Below are positions 60,203 through 64,000 of a stretch of DNA of 64,000 nt, one piece after another (positions within the stretch are counted from its first letter, which is position 1; each line of letters opens with the position of its first letter). Both the position numbers and the translations under genes were made by a program. This stretch comes from Spizellomyces punctatus DAOM BR117. Lineage: Eukaryota. The stretch lies in the NCBI GenBank assembly GCA_000182565.2, contig KQ257451.1; one strand, written 5' to 3'. The notes beneath the pieces were generated by a model, which saw only the letters and a program-made list of their open reading frames with translations, was not told the origin of the DNA and did not search any database.

Positions 60203-61776
60203 ATGTCAAAGGAGCTGGTAACTCTAACACAGAACGATGCAGAAAATCCTGCACGTCGTCTGGCTTTTCTTTGGGGCATCGTAGGAGCATGGTTTTCCCG
60301 CATTGACGTGTGGCTTCGGGGGACCAGGTAAGAACGCCCCAAGGGAAAAGGAGCACGCTGAGGGACAGCTCAAACCGATTGCTAACACTTGCAACTAAAG
60401 ACACAATACTCCACTCTTTGCACTTTACGCTCGTAAGTATTGCTAGTTCGTCGTACACCAGGCGACAAACGCTAACCTGGATATCTCGGTTCTCTGGTAG
60501 TATTTAAGCTTGTTCACGTTTTCTTCCGCAGGCTCCTAACTGGGCCCCTTGTGCCAGTATGGAGCTACAAAGCTGAAGTTGGGATAGCGTTGTTGCAATA
60601 TGGGCTACATTCCGATCTGGAATTCGTCAGGACCCTCCTAACAAGGGCAAGCAACCTGACAATTGGCCGTGGCACGGTTGTCTATGTACGTAGGCAGGCA
60701 ATTTGATTGGGAAAAGAAAGCAGTGCTCAGATTACCGATAGGTGGATGAAGAAAACTTGAAGGGTTCATGGCTTACTTTGCGGGATGTCAAACCGGTTCT
60801 TCACGTTGGCGTTCGAGATGCCAAAGGTCTATCCGTTCAGACTCCTCTGACAATCTTTTACGTTCATGGTATGGTTGATGATTCTACGAGCAAATTGAAT
60901 ACACAGCACAATTTCTGACATGCATTCATAAAGGCGGAGGATATTGTTTTGGTGAGCCAGTGGTCGACCGCTGAACATTTGCAGTACACAACGAGCTTAC
61001 ATTTCATAGGCATGCCTCTGATGTATCAGTCCCAACTTCTCCAGCTCCTCCGAGATCTTAAAGAATCTTATGGTATCGCGGCGCAGATTTTCTGCGTGAA
61101 ATATCCGCTTTCCCCTGAGGTGCCCTTTCCCGGCGCCATTGATAGTGTCATCGCGGCCTATAACGCATTGCTGGCACACATGTTTGACCCATCACGAATC
61201 ATCCTAGGTACCTCTCTTAACATCATCTGAATTTATGTCGTCTCTGACTGAATATTATCAGGAGGGGACTCTGCGGGTGGTGGGCTGGTCCTGAACCTTC
61301 TTCAACACCTGCGTTCTACGGCGCCGTCAAAGTTACCCCTCTGTGCGAATCTCATCTCCCCCTTTGTGAACCAGCAGGCTACAGCGCCATCAATGGTTGC
61401 CAACGAGCCATACGACTTCCTATCTCGGCGTTCTATCTTAGATATGGCCGGTCGTTACAGGAACAGTGCCACTTTCCCAGCTCCAGATGACCCTGGTTTG
61501 GCAGAACCCCGCGTTTCCCCGATAAATGGGGACGTTCATGGGCTTCCGCCGCTTCTTGTAACCGTTGGGACAAAAGAAATCTTTCTTGATGATGTGAACG
61601 CGTTGGTATCAAAATGCCAGCAAAGTGGTGTTATTGTTGAATTGGATGTTGGTGAAGGAATGGTACACAACTATCCGCTTTTAGAACAGGTCTTCGGAAG
61701 ACCAGCCAGAGAAGGCTTAGGTAGGATTGCGACGTGGATGGCTAAGATGGTGAAAGATAGTCAACAGCAATTTTAA
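60203..61776 (+). CDS. Alpha/beta hydrolase, hormone-sensitive-lipase family esterase (Say1-like), multi-exon
   Basis: IFYVH|GGGYCF, YPLSPEVPFP, G|GDSAGGGL, LISPFV, GLPPLLVTVGTKEIFLDD, GMVHNY. Confidence 0.9.
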
Positions 61777-62060
61777 TGTACATCCAGATAATAAGAGTAG
61801 AAAGCTTGTTTCTGTGTGAATGTGTGTGTGTTACGTGCAAGCGTATCTTGACCTTGGCTATTGACATTGGAAGGCCGTACTCTGCGCTTCGCAGAGGCAT
61901 GCGTACGTGTTTGGCTACCATAACCTTGGACAATCACTGGACCTTGTTTGTTTCGTCCACCGGAGATAACAGGACTCATTTAGTTACGGATCAGTCCGGC
62001 GAATGTTGCATACGAGGAGATGTTGTTTGTCCACATGAATGGCATATTTGCCAACGAGCT

Positions 62061-63363
62061 TTAGCAAGGTGAGAGCAGTTCTACAACGTCGGATCGCTTC
62101 CAATCGCGTGCTGAAACAATTGATCGGCGTTAAAGCCATTATACATCTCCCGTCCTCACCTTGTAGGCAGAAATTGCTCACCGATGTCGACAGCCCTTCT
62201 TCCATGAGCGTCTTCCACGTCTTTGCTGACACCAGCAACATCAATGAGCCATCGAATAACATCGATATGGCCCTCTCGCGCTGCGAAATGGAGAGGGGTA
62301 AAACCGTCCAACGTCTCAGGACTTTGGAAATCCTGTCGGACAAGGTGTTTGACATTGTCCGGGCTGTCGACTTCCGATGTCCTTTCGCACATAAATATGT
62401 CAAAGAGATACTGCAGAATATTTAACCTGTTCGTCTGTGCCGCAAAATGCACTGCTTGCATTCCAGCCTTCGACGTTGCTCGCGCATCACTTTGATATCG
62501 TTTTAAGCAGATATCGACGCACGATAATGAGCCGGAGATGCAGGCTAGGTGGAAGATCGTCAACCCTTCGGCGTCTCTGATTTGCGTTAACTGCAGCAAT
62601 TCACTTTCGCCCAAGCTATCAACTTGGGATCGCCCAACTTCGAAGAGCATTTCCAAAACTTCAACGCAAGGTGCAGCGGCTGCCATATGTGCGGGTGTTC
62701 GACCGTTTCTTGACTGAACAAAAACCAAATGTGGCGCCTTCTCCACTATAAACTGAGCGCATGGAACTGCACACTTCTGGGCAGCCACATGCAGAACATT
62801 CCATCCGTCTTTATTTTGCGGTGTTAAGAGGGCTCCGTAATCGTAAAGGACCTTGAGAACCGGCAGCAAGTTTTTGTTGGTTGCAATCATGGCTGGCACC
62901 CAAGTCCCATGCTGTTCCAGGGAAGACATGAAGTAGAAAATAAGTGACGAAGTCTTCTCGGTAATTGCCTTTATGTGCAGCATACCTTGAATCCATTTGG
63001 ATCGGCGCCTTTTGAAAGTAGGTACTCGACACATTGCTTGCACTCAATTGTCTCATGAATTGGGCGGCGGCCTACTCACGGCACGTTCAGTTAGCATAAG
63101 CGTTGTCGGTCCAGATCCTCAAGAACCAAATTACCAAATATGTTGGAAACATTAACATCAGCGTGAAACTCCTCCACTAAAACTTCAAGAACTGTGAGGA
63201 TCTGTGCACGGCCTGCGAAGTGGATTAGCCGATCTTGCTGACGGTTAACTGGTGAATTAACGTCAAAGGTCGCTTGGTGCAGCAAGCAACGAAGGTCTGA
63301 AAGAGCACTTTGGCATGTAGCGCGGATGAGGGCGGGGATAAGAGCAGCAGTATCATTTCCCAT
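62061..63363 (-). CDS. Ankyrin-repeat protein, ANKRD16-like, multi-exon
   Basis: GRRPIHE...CVEYLLSKGADPNGFK|HGTWVPAMIA...QNKDGWNVLHVAA...SRNGRTPAHMAA...GFTPLHFAAREGH; last exon ARDWKRSDVVELLSPC*. Confidence 0.85.
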
Positions 63364-64000
63364 GTGTGTGCTTGCAGTGCTAGTTGCCAAACAGCAATAT
63401 GAGATCAGGGTGGCTGTGAAATCCATTTACTACCCCACATTTCCCCACACTTGACGCTCGGTTGAGTCAATTCCTCCGCCTGTGTGTCATTCCTTCTTGG
63501 CCATCATTCATTGAATGCACTATTTCATAGCAATTGCTACGGCGGTATGGCCATGCCCTCAAACCTGGTTTAACGCATGCGCTGCTGTGTTTCTGCTGTG
63601 TACCCGTTATCTGTCCCATCATATATTCGATACTAGTTGTACCGTGAGGATTCACTGACCGCATTATGCTTTTGGATCCTGGAGCTGTTCCAGGCGATAG
63701 ATTACTCTTCAAAAGAGTCTGCGCAGGTGTCATGATTTCTGCATCAGCACTATATTCTGATCTGATATCTTCCCGCCCGTGTTACAGTCCTTACGCCCTG
63801 TCAGTGGGAATATCAGTGGAACGTCAAGAGCCACTTACAAGCAAAGCATAGTCTCATATGATACGATACCTTGAAAGGTTTATATGGCTCGTGGTGAACT
63901 TGCAATGTGTCAATGCGGAGACCTGATGCTGTGTACATGTTGATCTTAAAGTCGATGTAGACAGTACGGGCCATTTGAATTGGAACGGCTCTATCATAAG

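Noticed and set aside
63467-64000. Possible 3' end of a minus-strand gene at the window edge
   Set aside because: Could not build a consistent spliced frame or recognise a product

Overview
Gene-dense eukaryotic (fungal) genomic DNA with many short GT-AG introns (mostly about 55-75 nt) and one 100-N assembly gap (35914-36013). Fungal-type genes (LRR-PP2C adenylate cyclase, Zn2Cys6-PAS factor, Gti1/Pac2 WOPR factor) occur together with flagellar genes (SPEF1, TOGARAM/crescerin), which points to a zoosporic fungus, most likely a chytrid (inference). About 26 protein-coding genes are recognisable: COPB1, PUS1, SPEF1, CYR1, SFSWAP, a 7TM protein, an RDS2/ERT1-type factor, a RING-H2 ligase, a GNAT, a WOPR factor, an SLC9B-like antiporter, a lysine methyltransferase, FEN1, COQ9, GGTase-I beta, TOGARAM, PRP18, NSE1, TPI1, STEEP1, an HSL-type hydrolase, an ANKRD16-like protein and several orphans. 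The most unusual features are: (1) a tandem array of four tRNA(Phe)-like Pol III units plus a remnant (4405-5296), all with expanded 8-9 nt anticodon loops and their own T-run terminators; (2) a STEEP1 last exon encoding a close copy of the Crooked-neck/Clf1 N-terminal motif; (3) an orphan TATA-driven spliced transcript upstream of the WOPR gene; (4) repeat and short-motif features in orphan proteins. Exon boundaries were read by eye, family assignments come from remembered motifs, and no database searches were run.
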